Shown here: positions 25,510 to 39,127 of the stretch, piece by piece
How positions within the stretch are numbered: position 1 is the stretch's first letter
Layout of the letters: every line of letters begins with the position of its first letter
Source of the DNA: Octopus vulgaris
Taxonomy: Eukaryota
Length of the DNA stretch: 64,000 bases
Assembly: GCA_951406725.2 (NCBI GenBank)
Contig: OX597822.1
Coordinates: 99,944,001 to 100,008,000, forward strand
Direction: 5' to 3'
Notes under the pieces: model-generated
Databases searched by the model: none
What the model was told of the DNA's origin: nothing
What the model saw: the letters and a program-made list of their open reading frames with translations, nothing else
Translations under genes and position numbers: made by a program

Positions 25510-25866
25510 AACCATCCGAACGTGGCCGTGGCCAGCGCCGCCCCGACAGGTCTCCGTGCCGGTGGCACGTAAAAAGCACCATTCGATCGTGGCCATTGCC
25601 AGCCTCGCCTGGCCCCTGTGCCAGTGGCACGTAAAAAGCACCATCCGATCGTAGCCGTTTGCCAGCCTCATCTGGCACCTTGACAGGTGGCACATAAAAA
25701 GCACCCACTACACTCTCGGAGTGGTTGGCATTAGGAAAGGCATCCAGCCATAGAAACACTGCCAGATCAGACTGGAGCCTGATGCAGCCTTCTGGCTTCC
25801 CAGACTCCAGTTGAACCGTCCAACCCATGCTAGCATGGAAAACGGACGTTAAACGACGATGATGAT
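25510..25866 (+). mobile_element. RTE-tail element, three array units
   Basis: Three cores and a (gat)n end. Confidence 0.85.
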
Positions 25867-26728
25867 CATCATTATCATCATCAGCATTATCATTTAACGT
25901 CCATTTTCCATGATGGCCATGTATATATATATATATATATATATATACATACACACACATGGCATTATGAAGGGTATCCAGCCACAGAAACCATGCTGCA
26001 ACAGACAGTTGGCATCTGGACAGCTCCTTGCTAACCAAGCACAGTAAAGTAGATGCTAAAGCAATGATAATGATGAGTTCTGTATCAGATCCAAAGGCAT
26101 CTAAGGTCAGTTGGCAACAAAATAGTTAAAATAATGTTCATTATTCTATGGACTTCCTACTTTTCTGCCCCTCTCTTTCTCTCTCTTCCTATCTCTCTCT
26201 CTTTCTTTCTCTTTCACCAATAAATACATGCATGCACACAAGTGCACATATACCTGTGCATGTAGATATTATCGCTGGGATATTTGCATTTTTAGTTTCT
26301 TAAATATTATAGATTTTCGATTGCTATTTTGGGATAAACAAAATTGTATTAATGATTACTCTTTCCTCTTCACCTTCAAAATCATTCCAGCATCTTATGT
26401 TAAAAGCAACCATTTATTGCATTTGGAATGGAAACACTACTTTTTTTATTCATTTGATATTATTCCTTTTTACCCTTTCAGTTTTTTTCGAAAATTTTGA
26501 AGAATATTTTTTAAGATACCTTTACCATTATTAATCTGGTGTTTGCATCTTAAATTAAATTGAGATTTTAATAGGAGATTTTAATTTAGATCACTTGAAA
26601 AACATGAAATCTCAATCATAGAACCAGGGGCTGCCGCAGGTGGACTGGTATCAAAAGTGTTAGAACCTTTTGCTGCCATATTTCTCCTGAAATACACAAC
26701 CTTTATTTTAAATAATTTTGACCATTAC

Positions 26729-26885
26729 AGCGCAGGAGTGGCTGTGTGGTAAGTAGCTTGCTTACCAACCACATGGTTCCGGGTTCAGTCCCACTGCATG
26801 GTACCTTGGGTAAGTGTCTTCTACTATAGCCTCAGGCCGACCAAAGCCTTGTGAGTGGATTTGGTAGACGGAAACTGAAAGAAGC

Positions 26886-26934
<49 letters not shown>

Positions 26935-27172
26935 ATATATATGTTTGTGCATCTGTGTTTGTCCCCCAACATCGCTTGACAACAGATGCTGGTGTGTTTA
27001 CATTCCCATAACTTAGCAGTTTGGCAAAATAGACCGATAGAATAAGTACTAGGCTTACAAAATAGACTGATAGAATAAGTACTAGGCCTGAGGTTGATTT
27101 GCTTGACTAAAGGCAGTGCTCTAGCATGGCCACAGTCAAATGACTGAAACAAGTAAAAGAGTAAAGAGTAAA
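26729..27172 (+). mobile_element. SINE family B with an internal ~32-bp duplication
   Basis: aaaatagac(c/t)gatagaataagtactaggc occurs twice at 27027-27088. Confidence 0.9.
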
Positions 27173-27256
27173 GTAATGAAGAATTTAGTAAATAGTTATC
27201 TCATATTTAATCTGGGATTTGGAACATAAGTTAACATGAAATTTTGATCAAAGGTT

Positions 27257-27476
27257 TTAACCCTTCAGCATTCACATTTCTCTGTCAAACATGATGCTAT
27301 TTATTCACATTGTTTTGAATTAACCATGCATTATCTCATAGCTTTGAAATTTCAATGACGTGACTGATTATTTGTAGGATGACATTGCAGGGCAGGTGTG
27401 AAAGGCTCGATCAAGACACCTTGAACATGCAGAATATTTGGGCCGGATGTGACTGGTTTAAATGCTAAAGGGTTAA
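27257..27476 (+). mobile_element. MITE family 2
   Basis: TTAA-cccttcagcatt / aatgctaaaggg-TTAA. Confidence 0.85.
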
Positions 27477-27624
27477 TTTAGATTCACTTTAAAATAGAAA
27501 GTTTATATCCAGAACCAAAAGCTGTCGCTGGTAGATTGATACCAAAAGGATTAAAAGGACCCACTTTAGAGAGAGAGTGAGTGTGTTAATAAATGACAGG
27601 ATGTGTATGTAAAGATAAGGATAA

Positions 27625-27958
27625 AGATCTCCTTCAGTCATGAATGCCCATGGGGTTGCACCGAGAAAGTTACACTCTGAGGCACAAGACCAGGAAAATT
27701 TGTTTATGGAAGACCAGCAGTTGTCCATGCATACCAACCTACCCTCTCCATGCTAACGATGTTATCCAAGGGAAAGACAAAGGCCGATACAGCTTGGCAC
27801 CAGTGATGTCGCAACTCATTTCTACAGCTGAGTGAACTGGAGCAACATGAAATAAAGTGTCTTGCTCAAGAACACAACACACAGCCTTGTCCAGAGATTG
27901 AACTCACTACTGCATGGTTGTGAGCCCAACACTCTAAACACTGAGCCATGTGCTTTCA
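27625..27958 (-). mobile_element. SINE family D
   Basis: Diverged reverse complement of 11747-12085. Confidence 0.85.
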
Positions 27959-28369
27959 CGATGTGTATGTATGCATGTTCTTATGGCAGTAAAATAGACT
28001 GTTACAGGTGGATAATATTGATGTGATGGCATGTACCTCAGACTGGCATGTCATTTCCTCTGACATCAAGGCTCCATGGTTGAGGAAGAAACTGGGCCCA
28101 GTTGAGCCACACTGGCCAATTGTATGTTGATACAAATCAGCAGTTAAATAGCTCAATCCCAGCATGTAACTGCTAATGTATTTCATCAACTCTTGAAAAA
28201 TGAAAGACAAAATTGAACTCAGCAGGATTTGAACTCAGAACATAGAAACTCAAAAGAAATAATAGTTTCCAATTTTAGGCACAAGGCAAGCAATTTTGAG
28301 GAGAAGGTTTTTCTTGATACCAGTGAATCCAGTACTAGTACTTTGTTTTATCTAACCCAAAAGAATAAT

Positions 28370-28796
28370 AGGCGCAGGAGTGGCTGTGTGGTAAGTAACT
28401 TGCTAACCAACCGCATGGTTCCGGGTTCAGTCCCACTGTGTGGCATCTTGAGCAAGTGTCTTCTGCTATAGCCCCGGGCCGACCAATGCCTTGTGAGTGG
28501 ATTTGGTAGACGGAAACTGAAAGAAGCCCGTCGTATATATGTATATATATATATGTATGTATGTATGTGTGTGTGTTTGTGTGTCTGTGTTTGTTCCCCT
28601 AGCATTGCTTGACAACCGATGCTGGTGTGTTTACGTCCCCATCACTTAGCGGTTCGGCAAAAAGAGACAGATAGAATAAGTACTGGGCTTACAAAAAGAA
28701 TAAGTCCCGGGGTCAATTTGCTCGACTAAAGGCGGTGCTCCAGCATGGCCGCAATCAAATGAGTGAAACAAGTAAAAGAGAGAGTAAAAGAGAGTA
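28370..28796 (+). mobile_element. SINE family B, full length
   Basis: aggcgcaggagtggctgtgtggtaag...gtaaaagagagagt. Confidence 0.92.
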
Positions 28797-29307
28797 AGGT
28801 TGACCCCCAGCAAGATTTGAACTCAGAATGTAAAGAGCCAGAACACATAGCATAAAGCACTTTTCCCAATGTTCTGACAAGTTTGCCAATCTACCACCCA
28901 CTGATTCTGCTAATCTATGTTGACGCTCAGTGCACAACTAATTTCGCTAATTTATTGCCGTTTTGAAAGCAAGTGTGTCGTTATGTGAAAATCTATTTAT
29001 TTATTTATTCATTCAACCATTCAATTTTCATACTGCAACACCACTTTGTTCACATTTAAACATTTCATAATTTAATATGTGTAATTATTCAAATGTTGCA
29101 TTTTTTAAAAAAAAGTTTAAATGTAATTTTTTTTTTTTTTTTTTTTTTTATAATTTATTAATTGGAGAAGAGACTGGTGAAGAAACGGTGCTAATAACCT
29201 TAGTAAACCTTCCCAGACTATTGAGATTAGAAGCAGTTTGAACTGCTGGTGGCTAATTGTGCCTGTAGGGGAAAAAAAGAAAACAGGCAGGGCTAGAATG
29301 CCTGAGT

Positions 29308-29375
<68 letters not shown>

Positions 29376-29454
29376 TGAGTACAATATTCATCACAACTGT
29401 CCAACAAATAGGAATGTGAAACTCTGAGTAACAATTCCATGATAATTTTGCAGC

Positions 29455-29665
29455 TCGTGACTCTGTGGTGAGAAGTTTGCTTCCCAATCACAAGGTGCCA
29501 TGTTCAGTCCCACTTCATGGCACCTTGGGCAAGTGTCTTTTACTATAGCCTCAGGCTGACCAAAACCTTGTGAGTGGATATGGTAGATGGAAACTGAAAG
29601 AAGCCCATCGTAAATATATATGTGTATATGTGTGTGTATTTGCTCCCCCATCACCGCTTGACAAC
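29455..29665 (+). mobile_element. SINE family B, 5' half
   Basis: Head through cgcttgacaac. Confidence 0.75.
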
Positions 29666-30825
29666 TGGTTTTCATTTGTGCAGAAAATTAAGGAGTTAAA
29701 ATTAGCAACATCTGTGTAAGAACACATTGTTAATAGAAGCAACTGTGACAAGGCCTTTGATGTAAAAAAAGGAAGAGTGTAAAGTGTACAGCCTAATTTT
29801 AGGGTGAGAAGAAAGAAAGCCCCATTAGAACACACTATACAATGACAGGTTTGTCAGGAAACTTCAGATTCAGAGATGAATGGAGCATATATACAGGAAA
29901 CTTAGATTTGAAATTATCTTGGTAGACCCTGTTGTGAGATAAGCTCATGTTAAATGCAACAATATTCCCTTCAAAAGCTCTCACGAGTAAATGATCATTT
30001 GGATGTAATGTAGGGATAGCAAGTTTGCAGTGTATCTGACTCTACAGAAGCAGTACTGAGAAGGAAGAGAGAGAGACTGGAGGTGGTTGGTTTTGATTGT
30101 TTCATCACTTTTGAGATGCTAGACGAGAGGTGAGATCCAAAATACCAACAAGGTTACCTTTGCCATTCATCTTTTTGGGGGTCAATGAAATAAAGTACCA
30201 GTTAAAGTACTGAGGTCAGTATAATCAACTAATTAAGTACCTAAAATTGATAACCATGAGCCAATGTTTGAAACATTTTTTTTTTAAATTTTATATAGTT
30301 TCAGCTCACGAGCTGTGGCTATGCTGGGGCACTGCCATTTTTTATTATTATTGTTATTATTATTATTATTATTGTTAAAAGTATTTTTTTGTTGTTGTTT
30401 TTCCTCTTGTTGGTGCACAAGCCTCTTTTGATAAAAAAGGATAGGATATGGAGAAAACTGTGATGGATTTATGGTTTAGCTGGAATCTATTTTAGTGACC
30501 CTAGAGAGGGGTGATGCCAGATATTATATCCATCTGTTTCCTGTGCTATCTGTACCACCCTAGCTACAATGACTAAATCACTAATATCCATTGCAAGTCA
30601 TGAAATAGTTAAGAGTGTAAACTGTGAACTACGAGTTCCATTGTGTCTTTTTGGCAGGACACTTAAGCATTCTGACATCAGTCTGCCACAGGTTGCTCCT
30701 GGTTCTATGATACAAGCTTCCTAGTGCTTTTCAAGAAATAAATAGAAACGAAAAAAAAGTTAATCCTTTTGTACTTTAACTCACTTGGCTAGTAAGAATG
30801 TAGGCACTAAATAATTCATTAGCCC

Positions 30826-31236
30826 TTACTCTTTTTACTCTTTTACTTGTTTCAGTCATTTGACTGCGGCCATGCTGGAGCACCGCCTTTTTTAATTGAG
30901 CAACTCGACCCCGGGACTTATTCTTTTGTAAGCCCAGTACTTATTCTATTGGTCTCTTTTGCTGAACCACTAAGTAATGGGGACATAAACACACCAGCAT
31001 CGGTTGTCAAGCAATGCTAGTGAGACAAACACAGACACACAAACACACACATACGTATATATATATACATATATACGATGGGCTTCTTTCAGTTTCCGTC
31101 TACCAAGTCCACTCACAAGGCTTTGGTCGGCCCAAGGCTATAGTAGAAGACACTTGCCCAAGGTGCCACGCAGTGGGACTGAACCTGGAACCATGTGGTT
31201 GGTAAACAAGCTACTTACCACACAGCCACTCCTGTG
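30826..31236 (-). mobile_element. SINE family B, full length
   Basis: Matches 6884-7299. Confidence 0.92.
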
Positions 31237-31483
31237 CCCTTAACCATTTTCTTACTATAATTCTGTTCAAATACACTAGCTTTGTTTTAATAAATTTTGA
31301 ATATAATGAAAAATTTAGCAAAATAACTTTGTCGTTATTAAGATGGAGTTTGGAACATAAATTAATATGAAATTTAAACAGGTTTAAAATCTTTTGAATC
31401 AAGATGAGTTTAAACAAGAAGTTGTAACAAAGAACTACAGGCAGTCTCAAGCAGGTTGGTATCAAAAAGGCTAACATGTTTGT

Positions 31484-31711
31484 TTAACCCTTTCGTTACT
31501 GTATTTATTTTGAGATGCTCTGTGTTTCTTTCAGTTACTTTAAATATAACAAAGAATTTTGTAAAATAACTTCGTTATCATTAAGCTGGTGTTAGGAACA
31601 TAAAGTGTGACTAAGGTTTGGTGGAAGATTTTAATTCAAAACTTATGAAAACAAAACAGTTGTACTCAGAGCCAGAGCCGGTTTCAGCCAGGTTGGTAAC
31701 GAAAGGATTAA
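31484..31711 (-). mobile_element. MITE family 1
   Basis: TTAA-flanked with TIRs present. Confidence 0.9.
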
Positions 31712-31956
31712 GTCAAGGAAACTTCTACAAGGCCACTGAGCCTGCTAGAAATAGTAGCCAAATCTCTCTGTTATAGTCTTAAAAAAAGAAAATAACACAT
31801 CAATTAATGAAGTTCAAGAATAAATGCACCCATGTTCATATTTTTTCCTCTTCTTTCCTTCTGACAATACCTTACTGCAGTGTAAAGAAAACTCAGGAGA
31901 AATTTACAGAATGTGGCACCAAAGAATCCAAACAGTTTCCTGTAACATAACATGAA

Positions 31957-32152
31957 TCATCATCATCATCATCATCATTATTCAACGTCCATTTTCCATG
32001 CTGGCATGAGTTGGAGGGTTTGACAGGAACAGGCCAGACCAAGAGCTGCACCAAGCTCCAGTCATCTGTTTTGGCTTGGTTTCTACAGCAGGATACTCTG
32101 CCTAATGCACACCACTTTACAGAGTGTACTGGGTGTTTTTTATGTGGCACCA
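31957..32152 (-). mobile_element. RTE-tail-related element, decayed
   Basis: (cat)n...aacgtccattttccatgctggcatg...gggtgttttttatgtggcacc. Confidence 0.75.
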
Positions 32153-32833
32153 TCACCAACAGAGGTCACCAAGTAACTTGCAACACAAAAACCCCTCAAC
32201 TGGGAGGAGGAGAGTAATATTGATTAGGATGGCTTTATTTATGCCAGTTGAGGAGAGATTAAAAGAAAAGAAGAAAAGATTAACATAACTCTTCATGAGG
32301 GTAAATCTATTATATAAATTCTGTTCTATCTGTCTTCTAGGATCTGGGCATCCTCCATCCAATTGCGCTCAAATTTGATATGTAGATACCTACGGTATTA
32401 GGGCGTGTATAAGTCTTGAAAAAATTACAAAAATCGATTCCAGGTGAGAATGCGATCGATTAAGTCGTGGGAATGTGCATTTGTACATGCAAGTACATCA
32501 GCTGTTGCGATCAATACTACATGTACACGAGAAAAACGCATGTGCAGTTTACACAAAAAAAGCCGGCTGGCTTGAAATAATGCCACAAAATGCAATATAT
32601 TTAAGCAACCAAAAAACTAAGATGCAAAAGAGATATTTTCTTCAAACTTGGCATGAAGGAAGGAAAGACTATTTGGTTTCTCAAGAAGTTTTTTTTTTTT
32701 TGTGCCTTAACTTCGTTTAACAAAACCAAAAATTTCATTGAAATGAAGGCATGCTTAATTATTTTTTAATGAAATAAAAACACTGATTGCTTTTTATTCA
32801 GCACTGTCCATTGGACAGGGAGCGTTTTGATCA

Positions 32834-33176
32834 TAGACAATAAGAAGAAGACTATGTGATTTGTAATAGATTGTTTATTTAACAGTTTGAATCATATTTC
32901 AACAGATTGTCTGTCTGTCTTCAAGTTCAAATTGTAAAATGAAAACAACTGTAGAAACACAAAAATTCAAAATATAAACAAGGAAATCCTGCATTCCTAT
33001 TTTGATAAAAAGTAATTCTATCAAAACCGGAACACAGGATTTCCTCATTTATATTTTGAATTTCTTTCTCTGCAATTATCTACATTTTACATTTTGAACT
33101 TAATCTGTCGAAATATCATTCAAACAGTTAAATGAATAATCTATTAAAAATCACATTGTACTCTTCTTATTGTCTA
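32834..33176. mobile_element. ~340-bp imperfect palindrome, related to the inverted ends of 33235-34213
   Basis: tagacaataagaaga...gaatcatatttcaacagatt...ttttgata is inverted relative to tatcaaaa...aatctgtcgaaatatcattc...tcttcttattgtcta. Confidence 0.85.
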
Positions 33177-33234
33177 CTAATAATAATATTAATAATATTA
33201 CAAAAGGACTGACGTAACTCTTCACAAAGGTAAA

Positions 33235-34213
33235 TAGACAATACAAAGAGTGTGATGCGATTGCAATAGATAATTTATTGGTTGAATGATATTTCAACAG
33301 CTAGCCTGTCTTTGTGAAGTTCAAAACGAGAAGTGATATGTAAAAATTCAAATCCAAAATATGAACGAGGGCAACCAGTGTCCCCATGTTGATAGAATGA
33401 CATCATCAGTCTTCAGTTTTCAAGTTTACAACTGGCAAAAAGAAACAAAAAAAAAGAGAAAAAAGGAAAGAAAAGAAAAAAGAAATGGGAAAAGAAGAAG
33501 AATATTTAATCAAACAGTTTTGTGTAAATATGATATTCTCCTGTCATTTTATTGATTCCGCCAGGGTGTGATGTTAATAACCCACAAATATATTTCCCCT
33601 CTTGCATTTTAAATACTAAAAGTGTAGCAGATTCAGAATATTTTCTGAGAATATGCACTTTCATGCCTTTTCCAAAATTGCAGCCATATGATGCAAAATG
33701 TTCAGCAAGTTCTGTCAAACTATTGTTATTGTGCTTGACATCATATCTGTGCCCATTGAATCTTTTGTTTAATTGTTCTGTTGTACAACTAACATAAATC
33801 AAGTTGTGCTTCATACATTTTGCTGAGTACACCAAATGGGAATCTCTACATGTCCTGCCTTCCGTGTAAATCATAACATTTCTGTTATGATTCTGGATGG
33901 AATTCACTTGACTCATGTTGTTGCACAATGAACAGGGCTTACCTCTCTTGCAGCTGTTTTTCAAGGTGCAGTGTGCAGAAACTCCAAATATGAACATGGG
34001 TGCATAATCATTAATCGATGTATCATAAAAATATAAGCGAACTATTAACCTCAACTTCTAACTACAAGAAAACTAAAACTGGAGTTTGGGATTTGAATTT
34101 CTATAATTTTGAATTTTAACGTACCACTTTTCATTTTGAACTTGACAAAGACAGGCTAGCTGTCGAAATAAAACATCTATTGCAATCACATCGCACGTTT
34201 TTCGTATTGTCTA
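33235..34213 (-). mobile_element. Truncated Penelope-like element with ~125-bp inverted ends
   Basis: tagacaatac..gattgcaatagat..acagctagcctgtctttgt..aagttcaaaa at the left; its reverse complement lies at ~34088-34213. Confidence 0.8.
33506..33970 (-). CDS. GIY-YIG endonuclease domain (PLE type); open reading frame, no RT
   Basis: CKRGKPCSLC...TC..SHLVYSAKC..HNLIYVSCTTEQLNKRFNGH...LAEHF...QEGKYICGLLTSHPGGIN shows the VY/YV motifs, R..xH, a candidate catalytic E and the terminal P.G.N. May be a pseudogene (YVG>YVS). Confidence 0.8.
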   Translation of the reverse strand, partial: CTLKNSCKRGKPCSLCNNMSQVNSIQNHNRNVMIYTEGRTCRDSHLVYSAKCMKHNLIYVSCTTEQLNKRFNGHRYDVKHNNNSLTELAEHFASYGCNFGKGMKVHILRKYSESATLLVFKMQEGKYICGLLTSHPGGINKMTGEYHIYTKLFD

Positions 34214-34234
34214 ATAATAATAGTAATAATAATC

Positions 34235-34439
34235 CTTTCAATATAGGCACAAGACTTGACATTTGTGGGAAGGGGACTAGTTGATTACATTGGCCCCAGT
34301 GTTTCACTGGTGTTTAATTTATTGACCCGAAAGGACAAAAGGAAAAATTAACCTCGGCAGAATTTGAACTCAGAGCGTAATGCCACTAAGCATTTTGCTC
34401 AGCATGCTAATGATTCTACCAGCTTGCCGCCTTGATAAA

Positions 34440-34471
<32 letters not shown>

Positions 34472-34932
34472 CCCTTACTATTATAGGCACAAGGCCTGAA
34501 ATTTTGGTTGGGAGGGTAAGTCAATGACATTGATCCATAATACTCAATGAGTTCTTATTTCATCAGCCCCCAAAAAGATACAAGGCAAAGTTGACCTTGG
34601 TGGAAATTGAACAAAAAACAAAGAGCCAAGGTCAATTTTTGACTTACATCCTTTCAGGGTCAACAAAAATAAGGGCCAGCAGAATACTGGAATTAATATA
34701 ATTGGCTTACCCCTTCCTCGTACAATTGCTGGCCTTGTACATAAATTTGAAGTCATTATTATTATTGTTGTTGTTTAAGGCGGCAAGCTGGCAGAATCAT
34801 TAGCATACTAGGCAAAATGCTTAGTGGTATTTTGTCTGCTGCTACGCTCTGAAATAAGTACCAGTTATGCACTGGGTCAATATAATCAACTAGGCCCCTT
34901 CATCCAAAATTTTCAAGGTCTTGTGCCTAGAG
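34235..34932. mobile_element. Cluster of four decayed SINE A pieces (two minus, two plus)
   Basis: Repeated aggcacaag / gcagaatttgaactc / aataagtaccag motifs in both orientations. Confidence 0.7.
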
Positions 34933-34979
34933 CAGACATGATAATTATTATTGCTGTTGTTGTTGGCATTATTATTGTA

Positions 34980-35018
<39 letters not shown>

Positions 35019-35529
35019 CCAAATTGTTTTTATTCCTTGACTTAGTTTCTCTTTCTGCCTAATTTCACTTCCTAGTGTAATTAAGCACAATAAACATTGT
35101 TATTACTGACATATGACTAGACTAGATATATTTCCTAGATAATGACATGAATAAACAAACCAACACAGGAACCTTGATAAAATTGCTTGACCTACTAGAA
35201 TCACACTGAATTACGTAATCTTTAAAATATTGGATTATTATAATGCCCACTTCAGTTTACAGTATACCTAGTAAAAACCAGTAAAGACACGACTATCTCT
35301 GACTACCTACTATGTACTCTGGTACTTCACATACTTCTCTTTACTTATAGTGACTAGGTTATTCCATTTGTCACATTTAAATAATTGGATGGTCAAAGCT
35401 AGAATGTCTTTTATTGCAGGTCAGCTAATCTCTAGATTCAAAAAAGTAGATACAGTAATTCCTTACCATATCGCAGTTCACCAAACATGCACTCAGTACA
35501 TCATGGATTTTTCTGGCTAATATTACTCT

Positions 35530-35574
35530 TTTATATCTTTCAGTCATTTGACTGATGGGGGAACACAAACACAT

Positions 35575-35627
<53 letters not shown>

Positions 35628-35783
35628 CATGGTAGGTTTCTGTCTACCAAATCCACTCGCAAAGCTTTGGTCAGCCCAATGCTATAATAAAAGACACTTT
35701 CCCAAGGTGCCACACAGTGTGACTTAACCCATAGTCATGTGGTTGGGAAGCAAGCTTCTAACCACACAGCCACTCCTGCACCT
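35530..35783 (-). mobile_element. SINE family B, internally deleted
   Basis: cagtcatttgact joined to aacacaaac..ctaccaaatccactc..cacagccactcctgc. Confidence 0.75.
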
Positions 35784-35804
35784 ATGTGTATGTGTGTGTT
35801 TGTG

Positions 35805-35849
35805 TGTATATATATTATATATATAACATATGTATATATATATAATATA

Positions 35850-35907
<58 letters not shown>

Positions 35908-36112
35908 GTATATAGATATATAATATATGTGTATATATAGATGTATAATATATATGCATATACACATGTATAATATATATATATACAAATGTATAATATA
36001 TATATATATATATACAAATGTATAATATATATATATACAAATGTATAATATATATATACAGATGTATAATATATATATATATAATATAATATATATATCA
36101 CATTTATATATC
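35805..36112. repeat. Complex (TA)n with recurring atgtataatatatat units
   Basis: Read directly from the sequence. Confidence 0.9.
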
Positions 36113-36368
36113 ACATTTCAATGCAGACATTTTTATTCTGATGTTCAATCTTATATCTCACATTCTGTATTTGACTTATACTTGATTTTACATGATTGAT
36201 ATATATACTAATTCATATTTATAATGTATAATTTATAAATTTTAATTCTTAATATTACAAAGTATAATCTTTATTTTAAATTTTTGAATTCTTAATTTTT
36301 AATGCTTAGTTGCATTGCTTATTTTTTAAAGGGATGTGAAATTAATTGCATATATGTATTTATATATG

Positions 36369-36411
<43 letters not shown>

Positions 36412-36504
36412 TCGTGTATATGTATATATACTGTAATTTTCCAATACTGAAACACATGTAGTTCCTTCATATTTAATAAATTTAAGTATTAACTAAAGTA
36501 GGAG

Positions 36505-36557
<53 letters not shown>

Positions 36558-36785
36558 CATACATATAATATATATATATATATAATATAAAGTTAATCCA
36601 AACAAGAAAGCATAAAAAAACACAACTCGAGGACGTGGAACAAATATAGTATTATTGGATGCTCATGTATATATATATATATATATATATGCGGTTGTGA
36701 AGCAAGCTTCTTAACACACAGTTACTCCTGTATGTATATAATATAATATATATATAATATATGTGTGTATACGTGTGTGTGGGCA

Positions 36786-36972
36786 TATAGATAGATAGAT
36801 AGATAGATAGAGAGATAGATAGATAGATAGACAGACAGATAGATAGACAGACAGATAGATAGACAGACAGATAGATAGACAGATATATAGATAGACAGAT
36901 ACATAGATAGACAGATATATAGATAGACAGATATAAAGATAGACAGATATAAAGATAGACAGATAGATAGAT
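36786..36972. repeat. (GATA/GACA)n microsatellite
   Basis: Read directly from the sequence. Confidence 0.95.
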
Positions 36973-37329
36973 GTGTGCTTTGATTTGGCATTAAAAATTA
37001 GCACTAATTAAGCGTATAGCTGGGAGAAAAAGGTCTTTGGAGTAAGATGATAGATTGACAAGGAACACAGGAAGATGAAAAGAGAGGTAGATTAAGACTT
37101 TTACAATAAGATAGTTAGGGGAGTAGGGGTAGTGTTTATGACCTTTGAAAGCTCTCCCTTCACTTCTGCAATTTAGGCCCAGCTTGAACATCTGCAGTCA
37201 ATGACCGCAAGGCCTTTGGCTGGCCCAAGGCTATAGCAGAAAAGACTCACCCAAGGTACTCTATAGTGAGATTGAACCAGGGACCACGTGGTTGGGAAGG
37301 AAACTTCTTACCACACAGTCACGTTATCT

Positions 37330-37720
37330 CTCTTTACTCTTTTACTTGTTTCAGTCATTTGACTGCGGCCATGCTGGAGCACCGCCTTTAGTCGAGCAAA
37401 TCGACCCCGGGACTTATTCTTTGTAAGCCCAGTACTTATTCTATCGGTCTCTTTTGCCGAACCGCTAAGTGACGGGGACGTAAACACACCAGCATCGGTT
37501 GTCAAGCAATGCTAGAGGGACAAACACACACACATATATATATATATATATGTATATACATATATACGACAGGCTTCTTTCAGTTTCCGTCTACCAAATC
37601 CACTCACAAGGCTTTGGTCGGCCCGGGGCTATAGCAGAAGACACTTGCCCAAGATGCCACGCAGTGGGACTGAACCCGGAACCATGTGGTTGGTAAACAA
37701 GCTACTTACCACACAACCAC
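37330..37720 (-). mobile_element. SINE family B, young copy
   Basis: CpG-retaining match to the family. Confidence 0.92.
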
Positions 37721-37914
37721 TTATATGCGCCTTATATGTATTTTTTTTACAGAAAAAGGAGGAAACTAACATTAGATAAGTAGAGCAGAAACAATACACT
37801 TTCATTACTGACATTCCTAAACAGAATTATAAGAGATAATTGCGTTAATTATTCTGATGAAATTTTTTTTACATATACACAATTTCATGCCAATGTAAAT
37901 GTATGTTTATGAGC

Positions 37915-38074
37915 GAGTGTATTCGTGTGGTAAGTAGCTTGCTAAACAACCACATGGTTCCGGGTTCAGTCCCACTGCGTGGCACCTTGGGCAAGTGTCT
38001 TCTGCTATAGCCCCGGGCCGACCAATGCCTTGTGAGTGGATTTGGTAGACGGAAACTGAAAGAAGCCTGTCGGA

Positions 38075-38127
<53 letters not shown>

Positions 38128-38346
38128 ATGTTTGTGTGTCTGTGTTTGTCCCCCTAGCATTGCTTGACAACCGATGCTGGTGTGTTTACGTCCCCGTTAC
38201 TTAGCGGTTCGGCAAAAGAGAACCGATAGAATAAGTACTGGGCTTACAAAAGAATAAGTCCCGGGGTCGAGTTGCTCGATTAAAGGCGGTGCTCCAGCAT
38301 GGCCGCAGTCAAATGACTGAAACAAGTAAAAGAGAGTAAAGAGAGT
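37915..38346 (+). mobile_element. SINE family B, young copy
   Basis: Head-to-head with 37330-37720. Confidence 0.92.
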
Positions 38347-38519
38347 TAATGGTTTTCTGTAAAACTAAATGGATACATCAATATACATATATAAACTATG
38401 GATGTGCTTTATATATGCATGTTTGTGAATATGCACAATGTAGCTACAAGTATTTATGTGAACAGTTTGACTAGAAAATAAATTCTTTTATGTTTTCACC
38501 TTTAATATTACTGAAATAT

Positions 38520-38748
38520 TTATTTCTTTATTGCCCACAAGGGGCTAAACATAGAAGGGACAGACAAAGGACAGACAAAGGGGTTAAGTTGATTACATTG
38601 ACCCCCAGTGTGTAACTGGTACTTATTTAATCGACCCCGAAAGGATGAAAGGCAAAGTTGACCTTGGCGGAATTTGAACTCAGAACATAACAGCAGACAA
38701 AATACTGCTAAGCATTTCGTCCAGCATGCAAATGATTCTGCCAGCTTG
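38520..38748 (-). mobile_element. SINE family A, full length
   Basis: Reverse complement of 52138-52370. Confidence 0.88.
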
Positions 38749-38795
38749 CTCTGAAATATTGCATGTACACTCATGTATAGACATATTTGTGTGTA

Positions 38796-38858
<63 letters not shown>

Positions 38859-39082
38859 TCAAAAATTGTGAAGCATGACTGTCACCACTACTACATGAAC
38901 CTGAAGATTGCAGATTTTAATGCATGAAAGTATTAGTTCAATCAGAATGAACATTTAACATTCTATTATTTTATTTTATTATATTATATTATATCATTAA
39001 AAGATTGTAAATAAAACGTGAAAATCAGACAAGGTTGGAATTCCTTTTATTAATATATTCTTCTATACACAATCACACACAC

Positions 39083-39127
<45 letters not shown>

